Assembly (NCBI GenBank): GCA_024875585.1
Contig: GCA_024875585.1_4107.1
Strand: one strand, 5' to 3'
Length of the DNA: 64,000 bases
Source of the DNA: a phage
Shown: piece after piece, positions 10,437 to 20,511 of the stretch
Numbering within the stretch: the stretch's first letter is position 1
Layout: each line of letters begins with the position of its first letter
The notes under the pieces: generated by a model
The model's input: only the letters and a program-made list of their open reading frames with translations
What the model was told of the DNA's origin: nothing
The model's database searches: none
Translations under genes and position numbers: made by a program

Positions 10437-10460
10437 AGACCCGTTATGGGTCTTTTTGTG
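10437..10460 (+). terminator. rho-independent terminator
   Basis: hairpin agaccc-gttat-gggtct followed by TTTTT. Confidence 0.7.
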
Positions 10461-10468
10461 TTTATGGC

Positions 10469-10497
10469 TTTACAAGAGCATTCAGGTGTGTTATACT
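10469..10497 (+). promoter_or_regulatory. sigma70-type promoter TTTACA-N17-TATACT with upstream TG
   Basis: TTTACA 10469-10474, TATACT 10492-10497, between a terminator and the next ORF. Confidence 0.5.
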
Positions 10498-10524
10498 TGA
10501 TTTCAAATAGAGTTGGAGGAATAT

Positions 10525-11088
10525 ATGAGTACTGAATTAATTAAAGAAGTTACCTTACTTCTGAAGCATTGTTTTAAGTTCATTCCTGATACTGGTTCAC
10601 GCCAGTACATTAAAGTTAATGAGAAATATAACATCAATATCCTTGTATCTGAAACTGCGAGCAGCTATGCTAACATTGAGTTGGATTCTGAAGAAAAATA
10701 TACAGTATTACAAATCATAGCAGATGTACAACGTAAACAAGATTATCGTTCTTCATTTGACAACGATTATCTGTGTGTTTGCTCAAACTTCAGTGAGAAT
10801 AAAATTGTGTATAAGAATTTATACACACATGAAGTGATTGATACATATAATTATAAAATTTCATCTGATGAATACAATGTTCTAATGTTCAACGCAAACC
10901 TTTTGTATGATGCCAGTACTGTACGCTGTTTAGAGTTAGCATATAAAATTCCAAAGATCATGGAAAGAAAAGATTTGATTCACTTTAAAACTATTTTAAA
11001 ATACAGTACAAAAGAATTAGAAGATTTAGTACAGGCTCTTAAGAATTTCATTAATGAACATGTACCTGTTAAATTAGAGGACTTATAA
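10525..11088 (+). CDS. hypothetical protein
   Basis: ORF; ATG 10525 preceded by GGAGGA. Confidence 0.6.
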   Translation: MSTELIKEVTLLLKHCFKFIPDTGSRQYIKVNEKYNINILVSETASSYANIELDSEEKYTVLQIIADVQRKQDYRSSFDNDYLCVCSNFSENKIVYKNLYTHEVIDTYNYKISSDEYNVLMFNANLLYDASTVRCLELAYKIPKIMERKDLIHFKTILKYSTKELEDLVQALKNFINEHVPVKLEDL

Positions 11089-11672
11089 TGCAAGTTGAAC
11101 ACATTCAAATTATGAAATTGATGCATGACATTGCGGAACTATCTGATAAGTACGATATTACTGTTCATGAGCCTATTGGAAATTATCGACTTAAAATTGA
11201 AAACAAATCACCACATCGTTTTGGTTCTGTAACTCTTGAATATTATAAAGTTTACGGTTATGAAACGGCAAAAAAAGGTTTCTGGGATACTATGGCAATG
11301 TATATCCGTACATCAAGACGTAGAGAACAAATCGGTTCAATCACGCCACATATGATATTTGTCAATGCTGTACACAGTGATATTAATCGAATTGTTGAAT
11401 CTAATTTTGGTGACGTTGAGAACGATACATATTTAGAAATTCCACCAGAACTAGATCAATGTGAAGACATTCGTGAAGCATACATTTTCCAGAGATCATT
11501 ACTTGACAACTTCAATGAGTTTGAGTACTTGATGCTTTGCTATGAAACTGCAAAAGCTATTAAGACTGGGGAATTGGTAATGTATAATAATTTCATTAAC
11601 TGCAAATCCGATACACTTAAAGAGTTACACACTGCCATAAAAAACATCAAGGATACATATGAACGCTTATAG
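11088..11672 (+). CDS. family-A-like protein (EAYIFQRSLLDN)
   Basis: 194-aa ORF. Confidence 0.6.
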   Translation: MQVEHIQIMKLMHDIAELSDKYDITVHEPIGNYRLKIENKSPHRFGSVTLEYYKVYGYETAKKGFWDTMAMYIRTSRRREQIGSITPHMIFVNAVHSDINRIVESNFGDVENDTYLEIPPELDQCEDIREAYIFQRSLLDNFNEFEYLMLCYETAKAIKTGELVMYNNFINCKSDTLKELHTAIKNIKDTYERL

Positions 11673-12237
11673 TTACATGACAGAACGTCATCAGATATTA
11701 TATGATATCAGTACTAAAATGTTATCAATTGTTAGTAGTGCGAAAGAAATTGAAAAACAATACCTCATCCGTGATGTAGCAATTTCATCTAAATGTTGGT
11801 CCAATGAATATTACGATCATGGTATTCTTACTATTTCTGGGGCTAGAAATATTTGTATTGTAAAAAATAAGAAAAAATGCAATGAAGAGTGTGAGATTAG
11901 TTCTGATATCCAAATAAAGGATGATGGAAGCTTTTCTCATCATCCATTCCATATTAGTACTATTGGTGTTTTATATAATATTAAAGTACTATTCGGTGAT
12001 GAAGAGTATGTGTTAAAAGCTATCAATCCAGAATCAAGTACAGTTGAAGAAGAACTGTTCCAGATGAGCACGGTTATACCTGAAGAGGTTCTTAGTACTG
12101 TTATTTTTTGTAGTTTAATTTATCATGAATACAAAAAGAACCAGTTCGATTTCCACATGTTAGGAACGTACATCTTCAATAATTTGAGCGTAGATCGTTT
12201 AAAAGCATTAAATTCAGCGATGGATAAGGTTCTATAA
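11659..12237 (+). CDS. family-A protein (EEELFQMSTVI)
   Basis: 192-aa ORF. Confidence 0.6.
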   Translation: MNAYSYMTERHQILYDISTKMLSIVSSAKEIEKQYLIRDVAISSKCWSNEYYDHGILTISGARNICIVKNKKKCNEECEISSDIQIKDDGSFSHHPFHISTIGVLYNIKVLFGDEEYVLKAINPESSTVEEELFQMSTVIPEEVLSTVIFCSLIYHEYKKNQFDFHMLGTYIFNNLSVDRLKALNSAMDKVL

Positions 12238-12665
12238 TGACAAGAGATGATTGTTTGTACATATGGGATGTAGTTGAAAATACACTTTCAAATCCAGAAA
12301 ATTATAAAACACAAAAAAGACAGCGACACAAAACATGGATAGATTTGTTCGTTGAGGACATACATGCAGTGACTATTTGGGATTCACCGAGGGCATCAGC
12401 ATCTACTCTATTGGACAATGAATGCATTGATTGCATTAATTCCACTTTTCATCTACACGGTTCTACAATTTTTGGTACATTTCTGGATATTGAAAATAAA
12501 GATGATATTGATTCACTTGCGTTACAATATCAAGTACTGTATAATACTAAATTAATTTACGATTTAGTACTAGCTTCTTATGTGTATAAATTAATGATGA
12601 AATATAATCACATTTCAGTATCAGTTTATACCAAGGATATTCTTTCATTAAGAGACAAAACATGA
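12237..12665 (+). CDS. hypothetical protein
   Basis: 142-aa ORF, ATGA-type coupling. Confidence 0.5.
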   Translation: MTRDDCLYIWDVVENTLSNPENYKTQKRQRHKTWIDLFVEDIHAVTIWDSPRASASTLLDNECIDCINSTFHLHGSTIFGTFLDIENKDDIDSLALQYQVLYNTKLIYDLVLASYVYKLMMKYNHISVSVYTKDILSLRDKT

Positions 12666-13171
12666 GTTTATTAAATGCACGAGAATTAGTTGAGATGTAT
12701 GAGATCTTATCTTCATATAAAAATTCCCCAAAAGATGTAATTCTCAACAAAAAGTTCCATGTCAATGTTGATCATATGAAAAATATAGATATGATTTCTT
12801 TAGTGGAAAGTAGTAAATCGGGTCTTGAGCGTGATATCATGCGTTTGATTTATATTACCAAACCATCATATACCAATGATAGTTCAATTAGTAATGAGAC
12901 GTTTTTGTACACTCCTTATACTGATTGTACTTTAGTTTCAGTGTCTAATCAGAAACAAGATAATTTCCAATTCATCTATACCAGTACTGACAACATTGAA
13001 GAAGTTGAATTCCAAAACAATACATTAAGTCCATGTGGTAGTGTTATAACTTTTATGTCGTATCTATGGTCATCTAAAACAAGTGCAATTGTATATAGTT
13101 CTAATTACACACAAGATAGTATTGTTGAATCATATAAAGCTCTGAAGGAATACTATGAAAATAACAAATGA
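12662..13171 (+). CDS. family-A-like protein (EEVEFQNNTLS)
   Basis: 169-aa ORF. Confidence 0.6.
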   Translation: MSLLNARELVEMYEILSSYKNSPKDVILNKKFHVNVDHMKNIDMISLVESSKSGLERDIMRLIYITKPSYTNDSSISNETFLYTPYTDCTLVSVSNQKQDNFQFIYTSTDNIEEVEFQNNTLSPCGSVITFMSYLWSSKTSAIVYSSNYTQDSIVESYKALKEYYENNK

Positions 13172-13736
13172 TTTTTTTAAATGTTTAGTACACCCTATGC
13201 TTAGTGTTATGAAAAAATTACAGAATCTACCGGAAGACAACGATTACAAGTTTAATCGTTTTGATTCAGATGTGTTTTGTATTGAAATGGAAATTAATAA
13301 TAATCGTAATTTGCATTTAAAATTCAAAGAATCGTCAAGTCCGTATTACAACTTTGATATGAATTTTAAAATAGATACTGACATTGAAGAAAACGTAATA
13401 TCAAATCATACTAGCAAAAATGGTTTTAAGCATAGAACTACTATGTACAATAATAAAAATAGTATTATATCTAAATGGTTTCACCAATTCACCAAAATTG
13501 GTGAAATTGAATATAGTGATTTTGGTGAAGAGCAATACTTTCAGTTGAGTACAATTCATGAACTTCCACCATATGATTATGTTAAAACATGGTTTGATAT
13601 TCATAATATAATTGATGATGCAATCAAACTTCCATTTGGGGTATCAATATCATATACTGCTCCTAAAACATTTGTTTTTACGGAAGATATGATTATGAAA
13701 AAGATATGGGCAATTATCCCACTTATGATGGATTAA
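13155..13736 (+). CDS. family-A protein (EEQYFQLSTIHE)
   Basis: 193-aa ORF. Confidence 0.6.
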   Translation: MKITNDFFKCLVHPMLSVMKKLQNLPEDNDYKFNRFDSDVFCIEMEINNNRNLHLKFKESSSPYYNFDMNFKIDTDIEENVISNHTSKNGFKHRTTMYNNKNSIISKWFHQFTKIGEIEYSDFGEEQYFQLSTIHELPPYDYVKTWFDIHNIIDDAIKLPFGVSISYTAPKTFVFTEDMIMKKIWAIIPLMMD

Positions 13737-13741
13737 ATTTA

Positions 13742-13768
13742 TACCAGGGGTTGACTCTGGTATTTTTG
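13742..13768 (+). terminator. rho-independent terminator
   Basis: hairpin taccag-gggttgact-ctggta then TTTTT. Confidence 0.55.
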
Positions 13769-13797
13769 TATGATACATTATCCTAAAGGAGAATTTT

Positions 13798-14349
13798 ATG
13801 AACTACAATCATGATCTTTTTACATTATGTGCATCAAAATGTGTTGATGGTTGGGCAGATAAAATCAATACCATAATTCATCGATATCTCGTCTTTAGTT
13901 CCCGTGCACGAAGTGAGGGGGCTATGGATTTCAAATATACACTATCTATTGATGGTGTAACTATCCATGCAGACGAAGAACGTCTGAGCATTAATTTGTA
14001 TGATTCCTGTGTATTTGCTATTCACCAAAAGATGGGGAAAGGATGGGGTTGTAATAACATTAACTCCAAAGCTATCTTTTGGGTTGGTCACCATCAGACA
14101 GTACTTGATCCTTCAATTAAATCTAATCTTTTATCCGATAATATGGTTTATGATTTATTGTACTCCGAAGAACAACATTTTCAATTAAGTACATTGCATG
14201 ATCTGGCACAGTACGAGGATTGTTACAAAACATTAGAACTATGCCATTCCCTTGAACTCAAAGATAAATTGATACAAGTTTACCCTTCATTCTTTCATGA
14301 AGAAGTACAATGCACACTAGAACATATTTTATATGGGTACGACAAATGA
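13798..14349 (+). CDS. family-A protein (EEQHFQLSTLHD)
   Basis: 183-aa ORF with AAAGGAG RBS. Confidence 0.65.
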   Translation: MNYNHDLFTLCASKCVDGWADKINTIIHRYLVFSSRARSEGAMDFKYTLSIDGVTIHADEERLSINLYDSCVFAIHQKMGKGWGCNNINSKAIFWVGHHQTVLDPSIKSNLLSDNMVYDLLYSEEQHFQLSTLHDLAQYEDCYKTLELCHSLELKDKLIQVYPSFFHEEVQCTLEHILYGYDK

Positions 14350-14948
14350 GAAAAAGTTATCAAGAAACTATTGACCTAATTAGAGAAGTTATTAAAGTGG
14401 CTCCTGGTGCGATAGCATTCAAGAAGTCCCTATATAAAAAGTATGGCTCCATGTCAAATATGTGTTGTCAAAAGAAACGTAGTAAATTCACTACGCAGTA
14501 CTGGCATGATTCTATTATCCTTAGTAATGAACATCAGCGTATTTTAACACTAGAATCTGAACCTAATGAGTACGAGGAAGGAAACATTTGTGTACCTGAT
14601 TATGATGAAATTAACTTCAACTGCGGTGATTTTGAAACAACATTATTACTTCACGAGGGTTATCCAGAAGGTGATGTATTAGCTGAGTACAATCCAAAAA
14701 CTAAAATTCTCAAAAGAGGAATCCAGTTCACTATTAATAACAAAGATGATGTTGAAGCAGCACTAATGCAACTGAGTACAAGTGAACCTATTACTATTAG
14801 TGTAGAAGAGTTATGGGGAATTATTTCAGTCCTCAATGAATGCTACAAAGTAAAATCATTGCGTAATCACACCCTTATATTGCATACTAATATGGCAAAT
14901 ATAAAATGTAAGCACATTCAAGAAATGGCGGTTCCAGATGGACTTTAA
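14346..14948 (+). CDS. family-A-like protein (EAALMQLSTSEP)
   Basis: ORF; start ATG 14346 in ATGA overlap. Confidence 0.55.
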   Translation: MRKSYQETIDLIREVIKVAPGAIAFKKSLYKKYGSMSNMCCQKKRSKFTTQYWHDSIILSNEHQRILTLESEPNEYEEGNICVPDYDEINFNCGDFETTLLLHEGYPEGDVLAEYNPKTKILKRGIQFTINNKDDVEAALMQLSTSEPITISVEELWGIISVLNECYKVKSLRNHTLILHTNMANIKCKHIQEMAVPDGL

Positions 14949-15531
14949 AGAAATTGAAAGTAAATTAAAGTACTTCAAAGATATCAAACTTCTTTGGGAA
15001 AAGTATAAAATTGATTACAAATTCAGTGATGATGAGACAATAAAATCCATTGATATTAATATCAAAATCAAGTTCAAGAATAATAATTATGGTGAAGTAA
15101 GCTTAAATCATACTGGTGTATCACTCAGGGACTATGATGGTTCAACACTCGCATATTTCGACTTCATTCCAGAACCAGGTGAAACACTACTTAGTGAGAT
15201 AAATTCCTATGATATGGAAATATTCGGCGGGAATCCGTTACTGTTCCGACTGTCTGAAGAGTGGAGTGAAGAATACTACACTTACAAAGATGGTGTAGTA
15301 CTTGACATTAATGGAGAAGTTGTGAATGACTTGGAAGAACGTTTGTTCCAAGAATTGTGTGTTTCAAATACTTCATATGCATACAATCATATCCTTGACA
15401 TGTTTGATTTATATAGTAAAATAGATGCTGAAATGAATGCACATGGTATTCATTACCTTACAATTAACGACTATGCACAACTCGAAACCGCTGTGACAGC
15501 ATTGTCTAAAGTACTGAAAATAGGAACGTAA
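14938..15531 (+). CDS. family-A-like protein (EERLFQELCVSN)
   Basis: 197-aa ORF. Confidence 0.55.
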   Translation: MDFKEIESKLKYFKDIKLLWEKYKIDYKFSDDETIKSIDINIKIKFKNNNYGEVSLNHTGVSLRDYDGSTLAYFDFIPEPGETLLSEINSYDMEIFGGNPLLFRLSEEWSEEYYTYKDGVVLDINGEVVNDLEERLFQELCVSNTSYAYNHILDMFDLYSKIDAEMNAHGIHYLTINDYAQLETAVTALSKVLKIGT

Positions 15532-15532
15532 T

Positions 15533-15946
15533 ATGAAACTGTACCATGCGAGTACTGTAAAAATTGATAACTTTTATATCCCGTATGGTGGCCTTCATAT
15601 GGGAGGCAAACATAGTGCTTTGGAAGCTGCATTACGCAAGCTAAGAAGCCCACTGAACGTTGTTGATGCTGATACAGTATACTTGCATACCTTAGAAGTG
15701 GACATTGATAACGTGCTTCTGTGTGAAGATTTAGGTAGTGATGATGAGTGGCGTTCACTTATTGAGAATTGCACTGCTCAAGGTTATGATGCTGTTCAGT
15801 ACAAAAATGATTACGAGCCAGACAATGTTCCTAGCTTTATGATTTGGGATGCATCTAAAGTTCGCATCATTGAAGTTGATGCTATGCATATGGATGATGC
15901 TGAAATGATTATCGAAGATTTTCTTGATGAATATGAAGGTGTATAA
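15533..15946 (+). CDS. hypothetical protein (unrelated to family A, locally GC-richer)
   Basis: 137-aa ORF. Confidence 0.55.
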   Translation: MKLYHASTVKIDNFYIPYGGLHMGGKHSALEAALRKLRSPLNVVDADTVYLHTLEVDIDNVLLCEDLGSDDEWRSLIENCTAQGYDAVQYKNDYEPDNVPSFMIWDASKVRIIEVDAMHMDDAEMIIEDFLDEYEGV

Positions 15947-16482
15947 TGTCTGACCCGATGGTAGCACTGGCACGTACTAAATTACTATTAAAGATTGGTG
16001 AGATATTCACAGATCTTCTGTGCAATAAAATTGATATTACCGAGCTAGATATTAAGCAACCGTGGGAAGTGAGTATGTTCTCGGCGTTTCACCGATTGTC
16101 ATATAAAGGTGAAAGTGTTCTTGATTTTAACCCCAAAGCTAAATTCATAGATTATGCCGCGTTGTACAGAGCATTGCACCGAAATAGTTATTCAGGTTGT
16201 ATAACAAATAACTTTGAACGAATTCAAGTTCAAACTGCATCACATGAGTTCAATGATTTACTCTATCCAGAATTTAATCTAACTGAAGAATTACTTTTTC
16301 AGTACTCGTTAATTCTCACAAATCTAGAATCACTCGAGTACTACACAAAGTTAGTAGATATTTTTATGAATACACGACTTTCAAAAGATATTGTGATATT
16401 CTGGTATACAGAGCATGTTACGGAGGAATTGCTTACTGAATTTCTTCTAAATATGACAGCTATAAAGGAGAAGTTATGTTAG
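15946..16482 (+). CDS. family-A-like protein (EELLFQYSLIL)
   Basis: 178-aa ORF. Confidence 0.6.
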   Translation: MSDPMVALARTKLLLKIGEIFTDLLCNKIDITELDIKQPWEVSMFSAFHRLSYKGESVLDFNPKAKFIDYAALYRALHRNSYSGCITNNFERIQVQTASHEFNDLLYPEFNLTEELLFQYSLILTNLESLEYYTKLVDIFMNTRLSKDIVIFWYTEHVTEELLTEFLLNMTAIKEKLC

Positions 16483-16949
16483 ATATTTTAGGAAACATCG
16501 ATACTGCAAATTATTTTATCCAAGACGCACTGTTTAATACACTACAAAAAGGTTTAGAAGTTCGTCACAATGTATACCAAGGTGATGGTTATTTCGTTGA
16601 TATTGTTGAGGCACGAAAGAATACGTTTAATCTTAACATTACGACGCTTGGAAGACAGAACATTGCACGAATTTTAGTAAGTAAAGATGAAATAGTACTG
16701 AGATACAGTGCTAAGTTTATGTTGACGTACAAGAAAAAAACTGACATGTTCAGTACTAATTTATTTGATGAGCCATTTGACCTTGAAGATATTGAAGCTA
16801 CCTTCTTTACTCAAAGTACTATGGTAAAATACACTGATGTTCAATTTTCATCAGACGTTATGTCTGAAACATTACAAATGATCAAGGTATTATTTTATGC
16901 ATTTGAGCAATTCAGAGAAGAAAGAAATAAGGTTAACAACCACAGATGA
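16476..16949 (+). CDS. family-A-like protein (EATFFTQSTMV)
   Basis: 157-aa ORF. Confidence 0.5.
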   Translation: MLDILGNIDTANYFIQDALFNTLQKGLEVRHNVYQGDGYFVDIVEARKNTFNLNITTLGRQNIARILVSKDEIVLRYSAKFMLTYKKKTDMFSTNLFDEPFDLEDIEATFFTQSTMVKYTDVQFSSDVMSETLQMIKVLFYAFEQFREERNKVNNHR

Positions 16950-17310
16950 ACTAATAGAGGCGATCACTAAGGATTCAAAATACCATAAAGGTATTCGTCT
17001 ATACTTTATAGATAATGGTTCGATGGAAGGTACATACATTTATGGTTCACAATCATTGTCTTATGATGCAATGCCAGATAAACATGTTAAAATCTTTCTA
17101 GGTTCAAGTAATAAAACTTTCTTGACAATTAATGATAACAGTGTTATTATGAATTCCCTGGGTCATGACAAAGTAGAAATTGACCTAAACACATTAGAAG
17201 AAATGGATTTTTTTCAATACGAGTGTTTAGGCGTTGACTTACATGGTATCAGTAGTGATATGATAAAATCATTAATTAAATATTTCGAAGGTGTTTATAA
17301 ATGTATCTAA
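16897..17310 (+). CDS. family-A-like protein (EEMDFFQYECLG)
   Basis: 137-aa ORF; start uncertain (overlaps previous by about 50 nt). Confidence 0.45.
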   Translation: MHLSNSEKKEIRLTTTDELIEAITKDSKYHKGIRLYFIDNGSMEGTYIYGSQSLSYDAMPDKHVKIFLGSSNKTFLTINDNSVIMNSLGHDKVEIDLNTLEEMDFFQYECLGVDLHGISSDMIKSLIKYFEGVYKCI

Positions 17311-17807
17311 CTAAATCGATGAAAAATTCATTAGATAATATAAAGAGTGTAATTAGTGGTGAGTATATTGCTAGTGTAACACAAACTGCTGACCAGATAC
17401 AAAGTAGTTCTAGTGATTGTACTGTGATTCTCGGTTTACACAGTCTACGTTTATCAATAGTAAATAATATTGACAACACTGCTATTGTAATCACACCATG
17501 TCATATTCAAAATGAGAATGGTGTATATCTTCATCACATGGGAACAGTATTTTACATTTTCAATACAAACAATACACTCGAAACAATTATCAAAGAATAT
17601 AATACACTTAACATTGATCCGGGTGAATTATTTCAGATGAGTACGTTGTATTCATGTGATTTTACAGATACCTCACATATTTTACCATTTTTCTTGGAAA
17701 TTCTAAAGAAAATGGAAAAATTAAATCGTGAATACAATAAAAAAATGGTTCCAGAAGCTATATTAAATATTACTGATGCTATGAAAAAATATAAAGCAGT
17801 GCCTTAA
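17301..17807 (+). CDS. family-A-like protein (GELFQMSTLY)
   Basis: 168-aa ORF. Confidence 0.55.
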   Translation: MYLTKSMKNSLDNIKSVISGEYIASVTQTADQIQSSSSDCTVILGLHSLRLSIVNNIDNTAIVITPCHIQNENGVYLHHMGTVFYIFNTNNTLETIIKEYNTLNIDPGELFQMSTLYSCDFTDTSHILPFFLEILKKMEKLNREYNKKMVPEAILNITDAMKKYKAVP

Positions 17808-17851
17808 TAAAAAAACGCACATGGAGTGCATATGAAGATCAAGGATAGATC

Positions 17852-18325
17852 ATGGAGATTAAAACTGTTGAAAATGGGAAAATTGATGACATTTTAGACT
17901 TGGACGCATTCAAAGTTCATGATATAATGTTTAATGTGAAGGACATTATTCAATGTCTGTTTTTATGCAGCAAGACTATGCATGATTTTTTTCACAACCC
18001 GAATACTAATGTTTTTATACTTACAATCAGTACTGAAAACTCGTTCATCATGGGTATGCCCATGAGTACAAATGAACAGTATATTGATTGTGTTATTCGC
18101 AATAATGATTGTATTACCCCACAATCTGAAGTTCGCAAAAAGAAAAACACTTACACAATCAAAGATGATAAAATCATGATGTGTTGCAGTAAAGGATTTA
18201 TATTGGACAATTTCATCGTCAAAGATAGTTATCATGACTTTAAAATTTCCGAAAATCAATCCAATGTAGTTCTTTATGCTAGTGATATCGAAAGTTTAAC
18301 AGTCAAAGATCCTAGTTTGGAGTAA
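17852..18325 (+). CDS. hypothetical protein
   Basis: 157-aa ORF with AAGGATAG RBS. Confidence 0.55.
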   Translation: MEIKTVENGKIDDILDLDAFKVHDIMFNVKDIIQCLFLCSKTMHDFFHNPNTNVFILTISTENSFIMGMPMSTNEQYIDCVIRNNDCITPQSEVRKKKNTYTIKDDKIMMCCSKGFILDNFIVKDSYHDFKISENQSNVVLYASDIESLTVKDPSLE

Positions 18326-18327
18326 GT

Positions 18328-18459
18328 ATGGCTAAGAAAGTAAACAATTTCGTACAGAAACACATGAATGAGTTTAACAAGCCTCAGACACATGTGGATC
18401 GTAAAAAAGAAATGAAAAATGGTAAAGTAAAACACAAGTCGAGATTTATTCTCGACTAA
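18328..18459 (+). CDS. small Lys-rich protein (43 aa)
   Basis: ATG 18328 after GGAG RBS; MAKKVNNFVQKH...; below the ORF-track length cutoff. Confidence 0.35.
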   Translation: MAKKVNNFVQKHMNEFNKPQTHVDRKKEMKNGKVKHKSRFILD

Positions 18460-18466
18460 TTTTTTG
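18438..18466 (+). terminator. rho-independent terminator
   Basis: hairpin gtcgag-atttatt-ctcgac then TTTTTTG. Confidence 0.55.
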
Positions 18467-18488
18467 TCTAAATTTTTGAGGATTGTAT

Positions 18489-19337
18489 ATGTTGGACATT
18501 TCAGATTTTCTTAATTTTAAAAAGTATTCAGTACTTGAACATATCAACGAATTTCTGAATTCCCCAACACCATTTGGTATCAGTACATCAGATTCATACG
18601 ATGGATATAGAATCTTCCCATGCAATGACTTTCAAATTTCTGTCAAAAAAGGTTTTACAAAAGAAGTTGCAATTCGTGATGTAGTAATGTATAGCGATTC
18701 TTCTATTTCTTACTGTCATGATGTGAACAATTTTGAATCTCTTTCAACACCTAATTGTTCATACTACAAATCCCATGACACGATGATGTATAAAGAACAA
18801 CATATCAATGGTGTTTCGTTCTACAAAACTAGCAGTGATAAATCATATACATCTAGAGATGATTTTGGAAAATACACATGTACTATGCACACGGATAATG
18901 AAAAAACAAATTACACTCATTCATTCGAGTCCAAATTCCAAGAGAGTGAAGTTTCAAATATCACTATACAAGAACAGGTTTCAGAAGGCATTGTATATCG
19001 TAGTACTGCATTCTTTCGCATGAAAGATGTTGCCACAGGCAGACCAATGATGTACAATATTGACATATACATGAAAGGTGATATATCAGAAGTAGTGATT
19101 AGTACTGGTTATCGTGAAAAATATACAGTTACAATGGAATCACCAGATGCATCGTTAGTTCACCTCTTTAACAATTTATATACATTCCAATTCGAACTTA
19201 GTTTAGACTACAATGAATATCAAATATTCGATATATTAAAAAGTAATATTATTAATAAGTTAGAATATTACTACAAGTTAGGTGGTAAGATGTGCATAGT
19301 TAATACTATGTTACATAACATAAAAGAAACATTATAA
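18489..19337 (+). CDS. hypothetical protein
   Basis: ORF; ATG 18489 after GAGGA. Confidence 0.6.
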   Translation: MLDISDFLNFKKYSVLEHINEFLNSPTPFGISTSDSYDGYRIFPCNDFQISVKKGFTKEVAIRDVVMYSDSSISYCHDVNNFESLSTPNCSYYKSHDTMMYKEQHINGVSFYKTSSDKSYTSRDDFGKYTCTMHTDNEKTNYTHSFESKFQESEVSNITIQEQVSEGIVYRSTAFFRMKDVATGRPMMYNIDIYMKGDISEVVISTGYREKYTVTMESPDASLVHLFNNLYTFQFELSLDYNEYQIFDILKSNIINKLEYYYKLGGKMCIVNTMLHNIKETL

Positions 19338-19353
19338 ATCTGGAGGATTTGGT

Positions 19354-19647
19354 ATGGATACTAAATTCAAAATTATTTTTAAAACTAAGCCGTATATTCC
19401 ACATACAGCAGAACGTTTTATACCACATGATGCAGAGGAAATTATTCATCAAGATGGTACAAAGTTATATCTAGTGCCATGTTCATATGAACGTGCAGTA
19501 GAAATGTTACTCATGAATTCTAAATTATGTACAAACAAGTACATTAGTTACTTATATAATGAACATATTTTAGATTTTAATGATGAAAATATGTTTATTC
19601 TGGCAATTGAAGATTTTAATAATTGGTACAACATTATTAAAATCTGA
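19354..19647 (+). CDS. hypothetical protein
   Basis: 97-aa ORF with GGAGGA RBS. Confidence 0.55.
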   Translation: MDTKFKIIFKTKPYIPHTAERFIPHDAEEIIHQDGTKLYLVPCSYERAVEMLLMNSKLCTNKYISYLYNEHILDFNDENMFILAIEDFNNWYNIIKI

Positions 19648-19654
19648 TAAAATA

Positions 19655-19685
19655 TTGTGAACATATTAAATCTTTATGATATAAT
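19655..19685 (+). promoter_or_regulatory. promoter with extended -10 TGATATAAT flanked by an inverted repeat
   Basis: TTGTGA 19655-19660, TGATATAAT 19677-19685; inverted repeat tgtgaacat / atgttcaca brackets the -10. Confidence 0.5.
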
Positions 19686-19717
19686 GTTCACATCTTTTTT
19701 TGATAATGGAGATATAG

Positions 19718-20104
19718 ATGAATACAAGTTCAATCCTAAAAGCAATTGGTGGTGTTTTACTTATTGAAGTGAAAGGTGAACCAAAACTGTGCTGTTTGGA
19801 AGATATGAAGAATACAAAACACTTCAGTACTGGTCAGATTTTTAATGCCATTCGTGTTCTAAATGATAAATCAATCGCTGATTATGGTAAAGTTTGGCCT
19901 GTATATCAAAACGCAGATGGTGATATCAGTTCTGACTGGAAAACCATTGAAGCAGTCCGACAAAGTTGTGATAGCGACTGGGACTTCATTGTAGAAGTAT
20001 GTGACCAACTTCAAGAAGATGTACCAGAAATTGTGGAACGAAAGGAAGTTCTGGCAAATCTAGAAAAGTTCCGTCATGGAACACTACCATATGATACAAT
20101 CTAA
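19718..20104 (+). CDS. hypothetical protein
   Basis: 128-aa ORF. Confidence 0.55.
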   Translation: MNTSSILKAIGGVLLIEVKGEPKLCCLEDMKNTKHFSTGQIFNAIRVLNDKSIADYGKVWPVYQNADGDISSDWKTIEAVRQSCDSDWDFIVEVCDQLQEDVPEIVERKEVLANLEKFRHGTLPYDTI

Positions 20105-20154
20105 TCTACTTATTAAAAAATAGCTAGTTAACATTATATAAAAAGGAATTTAAA

Positions 20155-20460
20155 ATGGAAGATAATGGAATGAAATTTGATATGTTTGAGGGTGTACCTG
20201 AGTTTGATTTTAACAAACTAGAAAATGGTGAAGAGTCAGAACTCGTTAGTGTTACACTTAAAGCAGATTCTAAAAAGAAATATTCATCAACGGTACGTTC
20301 ACGTTCACAAGAAGAATATGAATCTTTCATTGAAAGTATTCATTATGAAACATTATATCATAAAGATGGAACTCCATATGAAGTACGTGTAACAGTACTG
20401 AAGCCTGAAGTGAATCCAATGGAAAATCTACGTCCTGTTTACTGCTGGGCAAGTCACTAA
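20155..20460 (+). CDS. hypothetical protein
   Basis: 101-aa ORF with AAAGGAA RBS. Confidence 0.55.
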   Translation: MEDNGMKFDMFEGVPEFDFNKLENGEESELVSVTLKADSKKKYSSTVRSRSQEEYESFIESIHYETLYHKDGTPYEVRVTVLKPEVNPMENLRPVYCWASH

Positions 20461-20469
20461 TAAACCAAT

Positions 20470-20498
20470 GGACGGGATTTCATATCTCGTCCTTTTTT
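20470..20498 (+). terminator. rho-independent terminator
   Basis: hairpin ggacg...cgtcc then TTTTTT. Confidence 0.55.
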
Positions 20499-20511
20499 AT
20501 ATGGAGATTTT

